DNA from: Azolla caroliniana
Lineage: Eukaryota > Plantae > Polypodiophyta
Direction: 5' to 3'
Assembly: GCA_043228905.1 (NCBI GenBank)
Contig: JBHGNT010000006.1
Coordinates: 10,292,001-10,356,000 of the forward strand
DNA length: 64,000 nucleotides
The notes under the pieces were generated by a model. That model saw only the letters and a list, made by a program, of their open reading frames with translations, searched no databases and was not told the DNA's origin. Below, in pieces: positions 49,467 through 63,412 of this stretch (position 1 is the first letter of the stretch; every line of letters starts with the position of its first letter). The position numbers and the translations under genes were made by a program.

Positions 49467-51103
49467 ACGTGCTCTTCATCGACGACTTTTCTAGGCACAC
49501 TTGGATCTACCCGATGCGGCAAAAGAGCGAAGTGTTTGGACACTTCCAAAATTTCAAGAATGAAGTCGAGAAAGCCACGGGCCGACATGTACGATGCCTT
49601 CGATCGGATGGCGGCAAGGAGTACTTCTCGAACGATTTCACGGCGTATCTCCGAAAGGAAGGAATTCGGCGAGAATTCACTTGCCGACACACTCCGCAAC
49701 AAAACAGGGTAGTCGAGTGCAAAAATCGGCACATCCTCGAAGTAGCATGGGCCATGATGAACGAGAAGCATATGCCCAAGTCATATTGGGCCGAAGCTGC
49801 AAATACGGTCGTCTACCTAATGAACCGGTGCACAACATCCAGCGTGCACGAGGTCACTCTACACGAAAAATACTTCAGAAAGAAGCCGGACTTATCGCAC
49901 ATCCGCATATTCGGCGCGATAGCGTACGTGCACATCCCCGACGAGAAGCGTCAAAAGCTTGACCCGAAGTCGGAGAAATGTATCCTCGTAGGATATTCAC
50001 AGGAGCAAAAGGGGTACAAGTGCTACAACCCCTCAACTCGAAAATCTCGAGTAAGTCGAGACGTCATTTTTTACGAGTCCACATCCTAGTACGCACCAGA
50101 CACAACTTCGACTCCGACTCCGCTGGACCCGGAATCCGCCGAACAAGAGATAGAGGATGAAGATCGCCTTATGCGCATGTTCGAAGAAAGTCCGATCACG
50201 ACCCGACTGAGCGGACCACAAGAGCCTTTGAGCGATCAAAGCACATCACGGCCTAGCCCGAAGATGGACAAAGGCAAGGCGAAAATGGCAGATTACGCAG
50301 ACGATCACTTCGACGACGATGAGTCGACTCACTCACTCGACAGTGAGTTCGGCGGTTTCGAGGTACCAATCGGAGCTAAGAAAGCCCTCATCTCTGCAAA
50401 TGAAAAGCTTCGCCGATCCACCTGTGAGAAGAACCCCGTAAGACGATTCGGCTACAACGATTACATGGCGTACCATTACACATTTATGATGAAGGTAGCG
50501 ACAGTACGGGAGCCGGAAACCTTCTCCGAAGCCGCGAAGGACCCGCGATGGATCGAAGCAATGAACGAGGAGATGCAGGCACTACGGAAGAACGAGACGT
50601 GGGATCTCGTTCCCACCTCACCACACAAAAACGCGATCGGATGTAGATGGATTTACAAAGTGAAGTACAACGCCGGCGGTTCCGTCAACTGCTACAAAGT
50701 GTGACTCGTAGCGAAAGGCTACGCACAAACGCACGGAGTTGACTACGAAGAGACCTTTGCCCAGGTGGAAAAGATGATGACGGTACGAACTGTAATTGCG
50801 CTTGCCACGGCGAAAGGGTGGCACCTCCATCAAATGGACGTCAAGAATGCCTTTCTACAAGGCGAATTAGAAGAGGAGGTGTACATGATCCAACCACCCG
50901 GCTTCAACTCGAGCACCCATCCAAAAGCTGTATGTCGACTCAAGAAGCCTCTCTATGGCCTCAAGCAAGCACCACATGCTTGGCATTCGAAGATAACGCA
51001 ATATCTTCATCAAATCGGCTTCCGTATGTCAAAATCGGACAACTCCCTCTACATACGAAGCGATTCCGCAAGTCCGATCGTCATCATCTTATATGTGGAT
51101 GAC

Positions 51104-52229
51104 TGTTGAGAGACAAGCTCAACATCGGCTGGATTGGCTAAGCAAGCCGAGGACTGGATCGGTTGGGACCGATCGGTTAGGCCGGACCAGTGCGTAAAAC
51201 GGATGCGTAAACCGGTACGCAAACTGGTGTGTAACGAGAGGCCGTATCGGTGCGTAAACTGAAAGGCCGTTAGAGAGATATTCCTCGGAAAGGAATAATT
51301 TTGGGAGTGAGTGTTGAGGTTCATTTATGAGCACTCAAGTATTGTCAGTACTTGTGTCAGCCCGATTGTCAGGGCTTGATAAAAGGTGCTCACTGAGCAT
51401 GATGTATGTACAGATTGAGTATTATTTTTGAATTAAGTTCGTGTGTTTTACTCTCTCTCTATCTCTCCCGTGTGTACTGTGCAAACTTAAGCTTTCCATT
51501 AAACCTGCGTTTTCTGCTGGTTGGTTTCCCATATTGCTTTCGCACGCCATTCTTTTCATGGTATCAGAGCGCGAGGGTTGAGAACCTCTGCAGCCGACTT
51601 TGCTTGAAGGAAAAACCAACGAAGAAGAACAAGAAAACCGATGGATAGAGGAATGACTAGCTCGCTTCCGACGGAGAAGCTCGACAAAACCAACTACGCA
51701 TCTTGGTCCTACAACATGCACTTGTACCTACTCGGACACGGTTACTAGAGCTATGTCGATGGAGCAAATGACATTGCACCTGATTCGACACACAAAGACT
51801 TCTCGGCGTGGGAACAATTGGCGAGTAGAGTGTTGTATTGTTTCGCATCTTGTGTGGGCGAACAACTATTAAGCTACGTTCGGGATGCAAAAACGCCGAC
51901 GGGTGCGTGGGAAAATCTAAAGAAGATCTTCGCCGCGAGCACCACAACCAGGAAGCTTTAGCTCCGACAGGAGTTGAGCAACCTACGACAACGCAATTTG
52001 TCGGTGGTAGACTATACCTCGAAGATCAAGGACATATGCGACTCCTTAGCCTCCATCGATGTGAACATCGAGGAAAGCGAGATGGTCCAGGTCCGTCACG
52101 GGGGTTTGGCGTCAAAGTTCGGAGCGTTCCGAACTGCTGTGTGTACCCGGGAGAATACGCCGTTGTTTTTCGACTTACAGTCGATGCTCCTTATAGAGGA
52201 GAACCACGCGGGTGCGTCGACAAGCACGC
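51104..52229 (+). mobile_element. Ty1/Copia element B: 5' LTR 51104-51558, PBS-Met, gag start
   Basis: TGTTGAGAGAC...CTTTTCA then TGGTATCAGAGC; gag homologous to 46240-46800. Confidence 0.88.
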
Positions 52230-54826
52230 TGTCGTGAAGATTTTCGGCAATAGTGTGAAAATCCTATAAAACGTACGAAATCAAGTATGAATCACGTAGT
52301 ACAATAACTGTGAAGATAACATTTTAAATAGATTTAATATCTAAGTACAAAATGATGGAGGTTTCGAATGTACTTTATTACACGAGAAACGGACAACTAA
52401 ATGTCAAGATATGAGGGTATAAAGTTTGTGAAAAGAAAAGAGAAAATTGTGAGATATCCCACATAGGCACGACAAATACGGCTCTCATCATATATAAGGT
52501 GGAGCAAAAGATATTATCTTTGTGTCTATGTGTGGAGCATAGAGAGTTCAAGGTAACTTGAACTAAGAGTGGAGGTGGCTAGCTACTCGTAAAGGGTTTT
52601 GGCCAACCAAAACCGGACCGACGATGGAGCCGGTGATCCGACGGCATCCGACCGCAATCCGGCGTCGTGATCCGGCGGCGGCACCGGTATCCGGCGACGG
52701 CATCCGGCGGCGGCACCGGTAGTCCCTGAATTCGGAGTTATGACACATCTCCGGGAAAGACAACGCCATGGCCGACATGCTTTCGAGACCATAGTTCGAC
52801 GACGAGGGCGACATGGTATCAGAGGACGAGGAAGTCGGCGTAGACTTCTTCGAGTCGGCTTATGTGACGACAAGGGCAGAGAGCACTCTGGCGCTTAACG
52901 GGTTCGACGAAGGCGAGTACAATAGGGAATGGCTCCAAATCGGTAGGTTCTTGAAGACAATGACCCCGGACGCAGTGTGGACGAGAGACGAAGCTAACGA
53001 TCCAAAAGAAGGCGTATTGGTTCTTCCTGCGAGACGGGAACATATGGAAGCACCCGAAAAAGCGAGGCGGCGTTCCACTCCGCGTAGTGGCAGGAAAGGA
53101 TGAGCGGAAGGCATTGTTGACAGCGTACCATGAGAGTCCTTGGGCCAGACATCGCGGGACATGGGCCACATTCGAGAAGCTAAAGGAGAAGTATTGGTGG
53201 TCGGGGCTATACTGGGACGTGCATCAGTTCGTGACGACATGTGAGAGTTGCCAAATGCACCCCACGATCCGACATCGAGCCGACCTACCCGCCGACCGTC
53301 CATTTGAAATGGATGGTAGACTTAGTGACGATGCCGATGGGGGTGGGCATATGCGGTACCTGGTGCTTGCGCGAGAGGACTTGACGAACCAAGTGGAGGG
53401 TCACACACTACAGAATAAGACGACTGCGATTGTGTGCCGCTTTTTGATCGAGGAGATGGTATGCCGGTACAGGTGTGTGGGAAAGATTGTAGCTGACTGG
53501 GGAGAGCTGGATGCATAGGAAGCCGAAGAGTTCTTCGCCCAGTTAGGGGTCAAGCTCTCCCTCACAACGACGTACAATCCGAAGGCTAACGAGAAGATAG
53601 AGTGCGGGCACGGGCCAATCGTGAAGGCGTTAGTACGGGCATGTGAAGGGCAAGTCGGGAATTGGCCGTGGCTCCTACCTTACGCATTGTGGGCGGACCG
53701 AACTACACATAGTTCGGTAACCAAGTTCATGTCAGCCGAGATGATGTACGGGCAAAAGATGGTCATCCGATGGAGCGGACGATCTCCTCATGGGCCGGGG
53801 TGGACTAGAGAGACGAGATGAGCCGGGAATAGCTGTTGGCGGCGCGAATTCGCTAGCTCGAGCGAAGACCGGAGGACGTGGAATGGGCGAAGACAAAGCG
53901 GCACGCGGAGAGGGTGAAGAATAAAGGCTGGTTTGACCGCACGCACCGGCTACGACCGAAGAAGATCGAGGAAGGCGACTAGGTTTTGGTTTATGACAAC
54001 AACCTCGACAATCAGCACAAGGCAACGCATAAGTTCGCGAGACGGTGGTTTGGGCCCTACGTCGTAACGAGCACGAACAACAACGGCACCTACCACCTCG
54101 CGGAGCTCGACAGAACGCGGATAGCAGTACCGGTAGCCGATAAGAGGGACAAAGCATTCAAGAAACAACACGAAGACGAACCGGAAAACGACGGGTGAAA
54201 ACGAGCCGGTTTTCTTCGGTATTTGTCTCTCTTGGCACAGACATGTGGATGTGTGGTTTGGTGGGGGTGGATGTCATGAAGAAAACCGGCCTAAAGAGGA
54301 ATTAAGGGATAACACACGTGAACCGTCCCCTTTTTACATGGGGACGCATACATTAATAACTTTGCACATGACTAGGAGTAGGTTGGCGTGATGTAAATAT
54401 ACTAGGAAGAATATATTTATTAGCTAGAAAATCGAAGTGTATCTTTGCCCGAAGAGACTGAGAATAACGATGATGTAAACCGGATGTGACAATCCCTCCC
54501 CAACAACGTATAAAAGGAAGGGGAGAAGGCTGAAATGGCATCACATTTTGGGGCGAGGACGAAGTGCTGTCAGACTGGGAACTGAGGACAAAGTGCTATT
54601 GGAGCCAGTCGAGCACGTGTCTCTATTCTTTTTTTTTTGTACGCAGTTGTGTTATTCATTTACCCAGTGAGCACTACGTGCCTGTGACAAGCACTCGCCG
54701 ACCTCGTATAATTACTTGCCGGCCCATCGCTTCCGCTCTCTTCTCTTTTCGTCTCTATGCACTCCTTAGTCTAGGGCCCCCGTAGTCCGACCTTAGTTTC
54801 CTACGCGCAAGCGAAACAACACAACA
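52230..54826 (+). mobile_element. Deleted Gypsy element (same family as 1-2703): partial 5' LTR, RNase H end and integrase, PPT, 3' LTR 54272-54826; TSD ACGC
   Basis: TGTCGTGAAG start; HISGKDNAMADMLSR, YLVLAREDLTNQVEG, LPYALWADRTTHSSVT, RWFGPY; GGGGGTGGA followed by TGTCATGAAG. Confidence 0.87.
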
Positions 54827-54892
54827 ACGCCAATCTTAAGCCTCATAGCTATTTTGTACTTACTCTTTACATAATATATCATCTATTATCAT

Positions 54893-54895
<3 letters not shown>

Positions 54896-54946
<51 letters not shown>
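54896..54946. repeat. (CT)n microsatellite
   Basis: Seen directly. Confidence 0.95.
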
Positions 54947-54951
<5 letters not shown>

Positions 54952-55109
54952 GTCTTACGCAGTCCGTCGTCTTAGTACTAATAGTACTTCCCTTCTCTAG
55001 TACTAATTCTCTCTCTGTTTTAGTACTATTCCTGACACCTTCAGTGCGCACATCGAATACTCAAGTATGTTAGCGGCACTAAGGACAGGGGATTGTTATA
55101 CCAACACGG

Positions 55110-56601
55110 TCTAACTGAAAAGCTAGTTGGATATACAGATGTTGACTAGGCCGATGACACATCAGATCGTCGGTCCACTTCCGGTTACATGTTTTCTCAG
55201 GGTAGCATTGCTATTGCGTGGAGCACCAAAAAGAAGCCGACAGTGACTCTCTGGAGCACTAAGGCTGAGCATCGGGGCGCTACCATCGCCACTTGTGAAG
55301 CCATATGGCTTTCACGGCTGTTGCAAGACCTCTGGATCGAAGTACTGACTCCGATCCCGATCTACGGCGAGAACATGAGCAACATGCAGTTGACCAAGAA
55401 CCTTGTGTTCCTTGCTCAAACAAAGCACATTGAAGTGCACAACCACTTTGTGTGCGAGCAGGTCCTCAGCAGTGAAGTCGAACTTCGGTATTTTAGAAGA
55501 GATCAATAGGTTGCCGACATCTTCATGAAGGCACTTGGAACCGACAAGTCGCAACATTTTTTGGAGATTCTCGGATTACAACATCTCGACATGCCGCACT
55601 TGAGGGGGAGAACCAGAACCAGAACAGAAACTGACAAAATAGGTAATGGAACCGGACACGCAGCCAGAGAGAAGGAAACTGAAACAGGGGGAGACAAGGA
55701 CGAAAATGTAGTTGAATCCGAAGAAGTCGGAACAAGCGGCGACGGCTGTAGAGTCAAGAAGGACAAAGCCGACTGGAAGAAGAAGGCCAAGACCCGAATA
55801 TGGTCTAATGTGGTAAAGGGCCCGAAGATTGAGGATGAATTGAAGACAACCAATTCAGACAAAAGATGAAACGAATCGAAGGCACCCGATTGGGAAGAGG
55901 TGTTCGATTCGGAGGAGTCAAATCAACTCAAGGCCAAGCGGACAAGAAGGTGACAAAAGTCGACACCGACACGAAGGAACCAGTGGGTCGAGAAGCGCCG
56001 AAGTCACAACATCGAAGGAGCTGAAATGGGCACGTTGAGCAAACATGTCGACCGAGAAGGTCGAGAAGCGTGGAACCAAACGTGTCGTGGAAAGTGGGAC
56101 TGGACCATTCGAGGAGTGCGAGCACGGCGGGAAGACGCTAGGAGGAGCCGGAGGAAAAGACCAGTGAATATTGACACCACAATCCGACCTCACGTTGAGC
56201 TTGAGGGGGAGTGTTGAGCGGACAAGCTCAACCGAATCCGGATGGAGTACCAGATAGGTATCCAAAAAGCTGGATCGGAGAATAACCAGTAGGCCGTTAG
56301 AGGCCTATGAATCTAGCCTAGTACATAGGCATATGAGAGTCTATGTCAGTCGCCCATATGAGCATTGAAGTACATGTTATTACTTCTGTCAGTCCTTTTA
56401 AGGACTTGTATAAAAAGTGTTCTGTAGGACATTGTATGTACATAGTGATATTTTGAAATTGATTTTATGTTGTTCCGCTCTCTCTATCTCTCCCATGTAC
56501 TCTCTGTGTGTTTTGAAGCTTCCATTAAACTTGTGTATATTTTCTGTTAACATCCGGTGAAGTCGGTTAGGTCTTCAAGCTTCCACGCGTAATTCTTTTC
56601 A
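55110..56601 (+). mobile_element. Ty1/Copia 3' part: RNase H, long 3' region, PPT, 3' LTR 56212-56601
   Basis: GYTDVD...DRRSTSGY, TKHIEVHNHF; TTGAGGGGGAG followed by TGTTGAGCGGAC...CTTTTCA. Confidence 0.88.
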
Positions 56602-59299
56602 ATTTATATCTTCTTTATTTATGTTTAATAGTCCATTTAAACTAATAACAACATTCTTTTAACCCCTTAACATGATGCCATTTTAGACTCCAATTAGGAA
56701 CCTCTACAAAAGTAGTTATTCTTGTGGCTTACATATCATATGGTTAGGTATCATGATGATGACAATATATAAAATAAAAACACTAAATTATATTGTTATT
56801 ACTTTCACGAATGCAAAATATTATATGATTATTATGTGGTTAATTTCTTTTTTATCTTGAGTTCTATAATTTGTAATATAATTGAATACACAGAATATTT
56901 TTTCACTTCTACAATTCATTTGAATATCTGTTATTGAGTTCATATAATTACATAATGTTAATGCTTGTTTTTGTAAAAACAAATTGACCTAATGGTAAAA
57001 CAATAAGAGCTGGCATTTGCAATATGGTATACAATGGCACTTGTTTTTTAACAAAATTAAATGGAATATTTCAAATTTTACTTTATATATGGAACAATAT
57101 CACATGTCCAAATACACTTATAATCACTTTCCTTTTCTACTAACAATGAGATAGTTTTTATCATTATCATCAAAGGTAAAACAAAGCTATGGAAATACTA
57201 GGTTTAAGTGTTTCGAAAAACTCATTATACTAGTAGCCTTCATATATAACTATTTTAACTAGACCACAAGTGGGTTAGCATAGTTGTGTTACCCGGATAA
57301 CATTTGTTTTAAAAGAGTACGTTGGGATAAGTAGAGACGGGGTAAAATGGGGTTTATTTCAGTTTAGTTGGGGATAAGTGTCGTGTGAGTTTCGCTAGGT
57401 TTTCTTTTTGTTGGCTTTGGAGTTGTTTCTCTATGTTGTATATATTAATCCCACTGTGGATTCAAGTTGAACTTTGTTGTATTTTGTTTGCTAACTAAGG
57501 TGACGTAGCGTTTTTTTGGTTTAAAAAAAACAAGTTAACTTTTCCAAAACACAACCAACCATGATTGTGCTGCAATTGTTGACATTATTTACATATTCCT
57601 ACTTATGTAAACATTTGCCCAATTTGTGTACATGATTAAACATATAAGTTATCTAAGTACATGTTTCTTTCATCGCCCATTTGAAGTTTCTAGTTGGAAA
57701 GAGAGCTTATAATGTTTCTTGGAAAACATCCTATTCCAGGGAAACTTTTGTGCATATGTGTGTTTTTGTGTAGGTTAAGATCTCACAAGGAGAAAATGTG
57801 ATGTAGCCAAATATCACTCTAATGGGCATCAAACATAAGTCGTTTCAACCTGAAGATATCCTTGTATGTATACATGCATACATATACATCTATATATCCA
57901 TCGTGTTTGGTGGATGGATGGATGGATGGGTCTTGCTTATTCTTGTAGAAAGGAGGGAAGGCACCAACCCAAGGAAGGAGCATTGTTAACATGACATGGC
58001 TTTGAAGATAATTGATGTCTTAGAATTCAAATCCAACTTGACTTAATCTCAGTATGGCTTTTTTTCCAACAAGCAATTGTCGTGTTTTTTAGGGCTTGAT
58101 TATTGCCACAATTTTATGGAATCTATCTTGAGAGTATTAATGTTAACCAATATTAAAATACAACTTAGTAGTGAGACATCATATTAGAAACCTACCCTAA
58201 GTGTTAGAACAAAACTAGTGGCATATACAACTCAGTGAGATAAAAGTCAACTCAAGGTAAATAAATGTTTCTTTTTCTTCATAATCTAATGAAATAAGGG
58301 AGGAAGTCATTAAAAATACCTAGTAGCGTGGTCAACTATCTAGGAACATGGGAATAATGCTCAAGAGGTAAGGGCATGAGGACAATGTGTGAATGAACCT
58401 TGTTGATTCTTGGTAATAGATATGAAGAGGCATATTAGAAACCCCATATTATATCAATGGTACAATAAACCAATCATTAATCAATCTTCTTGGAATTTCC
58501 CCATGTTATTCTTTTCCTTCTTGAAGTCTTCTTCACTAAATCCTATCATGGGGATGGAAACACTCAAGCCCCCAACTCTCTAAAGTTCATGTTAATAAAT
58601 TACTCAAAAAGAAGAAGAACTAAATACGCCAATCAGTAAAAACTTTTACATGTTCCATGTTAAATTTCATATGTTTAAGATTATATCTATTATGACTCAA
58701 AATGTTGTCTTTGCAACTTGTATACAACTATTATGATGTCAACAACAAAAAGCCCCAAATGTATATTTGAATTCATGATAATATGCTAAGAACCAGATAG
58801 TGTTCAACATGGAAACTAGCAGACGAGAAACCATTCTTAGATACTCTTAGAGTGGGCAATCACAAGATCACACCCTTTATAAAACATAATAGATTCTTTA
58901 AATTTATGGATCCAAAGGATGCAATGCAAAAAATGCCCTCACATTGTGTGGAAACGTTTTCTCATTATTTGTGTTGAATCAGCCTTAGTAGACCTAATCG
59001 ATAGTGAAACATCATTACAAATAGTAATAGCACTATATAAGAATACTTTTAGATTCAATGTTTGGTACACAATTACATTTGGTTAGGTGGGGAGAATCAT
59101 GTACCCCGGGCAAGGTGACGTGGCGTGTCCTCATTTCACCCAAGTTGAGAATAGGGATGGGGCAAATCAATCCCCTCTCACAGCCCAAATCACTACTTGC
59201 CAAATTTGTGTTGTAGGGACTCCAACCAGGGGATGATTGTTGGAAAGTGCTATTGAGACTACCCTTTGCTTACTTTAAGCCAAAGGCATGTGCTAATTG

Positions 59300-60200
59300 G
59301 GCCCTCACATGGAGTGGAATCTAAACATGGATCTCAAAGCAATGTTCTCACACCAAATGGAGGATATATTTAGTGCATCCATGTGGAAGGCATGGTGTGA
59401 CATAAGATGAGCGCTCTAATGCAGTCAACCTAGCTCCGAACCTACTTGGCTCAATCAATGCATCTTTTGGAACCCATGCATAAGAGATGAATCAGGTAAA
59501 CCAATTGGATCAAGTATGGGGCTATAACGGGGAAGCATTGCAGAAGGTCCAACAAAGAGCATACAATGTTAGAGACGGTTCATGTCATTGCCATTACAGG
59601 ATCAAGGCAACATACTACATGGAATCAGGGTGGATGGACTATTAGATCAGAAATTGTGAATGCTCTATTACTTGGGGAAGCTGCTAGTTCAAGGACGATA
59701 ATGAAGACGTAGATAGGGAACGAGGAGGGATCCTTGATTCCAAAAGGTATGGAACCATTGTATAGGATACAAGGCCACGATCTGCAAGTTAATGAGGAAC
59801 CAACAACAATGAACATGGCAGTTTGAGTGCTCGCATACACATGTAGTAAGTGGATTGTAGTTCCCAATCCGATCAAAGTACAATTAGAGTGGCACATATG
59901 TGTTTGTGAAAACACATGACTACGTAAGGTCAATTGGGACCCTTTGCAATGGACATGGTGTGGTCCATATGAGGGACAAGGAACCAAAGTTATCCCCTTC
60001 TTCCAATTCATGACCAAATTGGGTGGCCACATCCTAACTGCTCAAACCAATAGAGAATTGGGTGTTGCAAAGATATGGTGTAGATATCATGTTCCCCCCA
60101 TGACTATGACAAGTTTTTACAACAATTATGGAAATAGCCACAAGCTAGGAGAATCATCACATTTCAATGGCTATTAATGGATAGGTCACTGTCGATCGGA
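59300..60200 (+). pseudogene. Possible plant-mobile-domain (PMD) remnant, TE-associated
   Basis: Scattered motifs in shifting frames: MEDIF, IHVEG, TWQFE, WTWCGPYE, VLQRYG...FPP; heavily degraded. Confidence 0.35.
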
Positions 60201-62809
60201 GCGTGGTAACGCGTGATACTTTGATCTCCTAATTCTGTAGTTTGCCCCAATGAAATAGAATAAATTTGACACGCTCTGTGGGACTGCCGAGAGACTCATC
60301 GAATATAGAGGGGGGTTGGCCGAATATTGCATTTATGCAAGTGGGGAAATGCATGTTGGTTATCCTAACAGACCCTAATTGACAAACACGAAAATCAAGA
60401 GGGAATGGCATTGGTGGTGCGAAGGGCACAAGAGATTTTGTTTTCCACCACCGATAATGTCAACTCAACCCACATCAATGCCAAAGATCAAGTCGTGATG
60501 GAATTAAACAACCTAATAACACCATGGACCATCTAGAAGAGGCATTGTAGGTAGGTCTTCTCCAATCAAATAGTTCACCAGATGATGTAATTGAAGGAGT
60601 TATGGAGTGACGTTGTAGTCACGCTAAAGAACCAATACGATGGCATCACAGGCGGATCCGAAGGAGCCAAAATACAACACTTACTCTTCATCAATAATGG
60701 TTGTCCTCTCCCTTCCTTGAATCAATGGGCCTCTACATATGATGGAACTATCGAGGCCCTTTTGTGGTATGTATATAACATTCATGGTTGTAAACTTTTA
60801 TAGCTAATGCGAGTTTTTTGTTTTGGAAAAAGAAAGAAAAAGAATACGTTGAAATTTCGCGGCAATTATAATAACACTAAGAAAAAATAAGCATCACTTT
60901 TTTTGTGTATCTACCTACTTTTAATCATTCCTACCCATATCAAACATGTTCTTCAAGTTTCAATGTGCTAAAGCTTATACAATTGTTTTTTTTGTTTGCT
61001 AGAGGAATAAAATTATTAGTCCACAACTATTTCAAATATGCATTGATTATTATTATATTCCAATGTATAGCAAACAGACAATATCAAATGGTCCAAAACA
61101 ATTTCAAATATGTGTCGATTAGATGTGGCGTATAATAATATATGGATAAATCCAATTACTCAACTAGATTATAGGGATTGCTTGATTGGATTTTAACATC
61201 TAGCAAGCTTTGCCTTCTTCATATGATTGATCATGATCATTTGGAAGAGTTAGTAGAGACATGTGATTCATGATCTCCAAGTATATGAAAGGTCGAGCAT
61301 TAATTGCTACAAAAAAGATGATGACAATATAATGTGATGGTTTGTGGATCATTTTTGTAGTCTCTTTATATTTGTAAGAGAATTGGATTAATAATATGCC
61401 AATATATTTGTAATCTCTTTATATTTCAAATATGTCATGCATGTTTCTCATATTTTGTTCGAAGCATAAAACATAATCACAATTCCTTACGATCCAAAGA
61501 TATGGATGTATTATGGGGATTGGAATTGCATGCACAATAATGATAGTCATTTCATACTATTTAGACTATAAATTTAAGATCGAGAGATATAGAAGAAAAT
61601 GACAACAGAAACCTTCTAGACATTGCCACATGCCACAAAAAATGGGTTGCTGCAATCGTATTTACTCATGTTACAATACATCTCAAATATCTCAAGGCAT
61701 TGAATGTAAATCATCTCGCCCCAACATGTAATTACAATTTTGACTAATTTGGGACAAGAATATTCTTCCATTGTTGATTTTGAATTCATTCACGATGCTC
61801 GATGCAAAATGTAATCCTCTAAGATTCACAAATGCTGCAACTTGAAGCTCAAGAATCTGCACTAGGATGGAGACAAGATTAATAATTCGTTTCTTGGGAG
61901 ACTTGAGAACAAGTGAAAGTGTAAGGGCAAACCTGACAAGAAGCAAGTAGCCATTGTGTTGAAAAACATCGAGAACAAGCTATTGAATGTGCACTTGCAA
62001 CTAGTCTATGATTGGCAAAGTATTTTTGTGTCCACCAAGGAAGCGAAAGTATGAGAAAATTTTAAGAGTAAGTATAATTGCTCATGTAGGCTAAGGAATG
62101 CAATACAATGTGGTTGCAACTACTCTATGATAAAAAAACTTTGATTGTGTCCCCTACATGTAAAATATGTGACATTGGCTTACAACCAATGGTCACGTCA
62201 AAGTAAAAACAACTTTTATTGAAGAAGCTTCATGGTCATTTTCTCAATTTGCTAATGATCTATAATAAGTTTTATGAATTGTTTCACAGATGAAAATGTG
62301 GCTGGTTTTGAACTCATGTATGATAACATAAGATTGTCTCTTCTATATCAAAATATGACAATGACTTAAAGATAGAAACATTTTTAGTATGGTGTAGTCA
62401 ATTTACTAAAATGCTTCTTCCATAGTTAATGATCATCTCCATACATGGTTCATGATCATGAAGAAAGTTTAGGTATTTCACATATGAGAAAGGACAAATT
62501 TGCCCTAAGTGCTCAACACACACATGGAATGTGGCAAATCGTAGCTACATCATATATGTTCAAATGGAATGTGGGAATTGTACGCACTTACTAGTAGAAC
62601 ATTATTTTATGCTATATGGCAATTCACACACACACACACACACCTATCATAAATAGCGCACTCTCACTTGTATCTCTTGAATTTTTACCTTTTCATACTA
62701 CCTATTTCCCTCATTCCCTTAAAAATATGTGCTTTCCAAGGAAGGCTTTTGTGCAAAGGGTATCCAACTCTCATGACAAAGGGAGTGTAAATTGTGGGCT
62801 AGTGAAAAT

Positions 62810-63412
62810 TCACATATAAAACTTCATGTTTGCATTTAATTTAGAGAAGAAATCAAGACCTGGAATTGGGGAGATTTTTGAAGCATCCGATGACCGAGAC
62901 ATATAGAAGAAGTCTGGGTCGAGGGCCCTAGAGATGCCATGGATGACAATATTTTCATCGGAATAAAGATCTGGAGCCACGATTTCATGTTCATCGGCAA
63001 GAACAGCCATGCCAGAGTTGTTTATTCTAACAGTGCGACCAAGGAGCAAGGTTTGAAGGTCACCCTTGTTGATCAAGAGGAGGTCTTTGAATGTGTATCG
63101 AGAAGTAACAATGTGGTAAGCCACTCTATCCAAATCATGAGAAGAGGGGAATGCAACAGCTATGGAGTGGTTTAGAGGTAAAAATATTGTTGCAGAGGAA
63201 GGTAGGTTGAGATGATTTGTGAGAAGAATGAGATTGATGAGCAAGACTTGTGCAGGAGGCATGGGAGGGGATGAGAGAGGGAGAAAAGAATAATTTGGGG
63301 ACGATTTGGAAGAAGAAGAAGAATGCAAAGATTTTGCAAGGCAATGAATGAAAGAGAAGGGGAGAAAGACAAGGCTCCATAGCCATGCCCTTGTAGACAT
63401 CATCATCCTCAT
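62810..63412 (-). CDS. Fasciclin (FAS1)-domain protein, FLA-like, secreted, intronless, about 200 aa
   Basis: Signal-peptide-like N-terminus, Ser/Pro-rich linker, TIFLP (H1), YHIV and PDLY...VIHGISRAL (H2). Confidence 0.85.
   Translation of the reverse strand: MRMMMSTRAWLWSLVFLPFSFIHCLAKSLHSSSSSKSSPNYSFLPLSSPPMPPAQVLLINLILLTNHLNLPSSATIFLPLNHSIAVAFPSSHDLDRVAYHIVTSRYTFKDLLLINKGDLQTLLLGRTVRINNSGMAVLADEHEIVAPDLYSDENIVIHGISRALDPDFFYMSRSSDASKISPIPGLDFFSKLNANMKFYM

Larger units (their letters stand above)
45669..51103 (+). mobile_element. Ty1/Copia element A: 5' LTR 45669-46065, PBS, gag, PR, INT, RT up to YVDD; carries two nested solo LTRs
   Basis: TGTTGAGAATC...TCTTTACA then TGGTATCAAAGC; CGYC zinc knuckle, WFVDSGASNHM, LWHKRIGH, HSDVWGP, RSDGGKEY, YVDD; same LTR family as 27700-31605. 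Confidence 0.93.
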
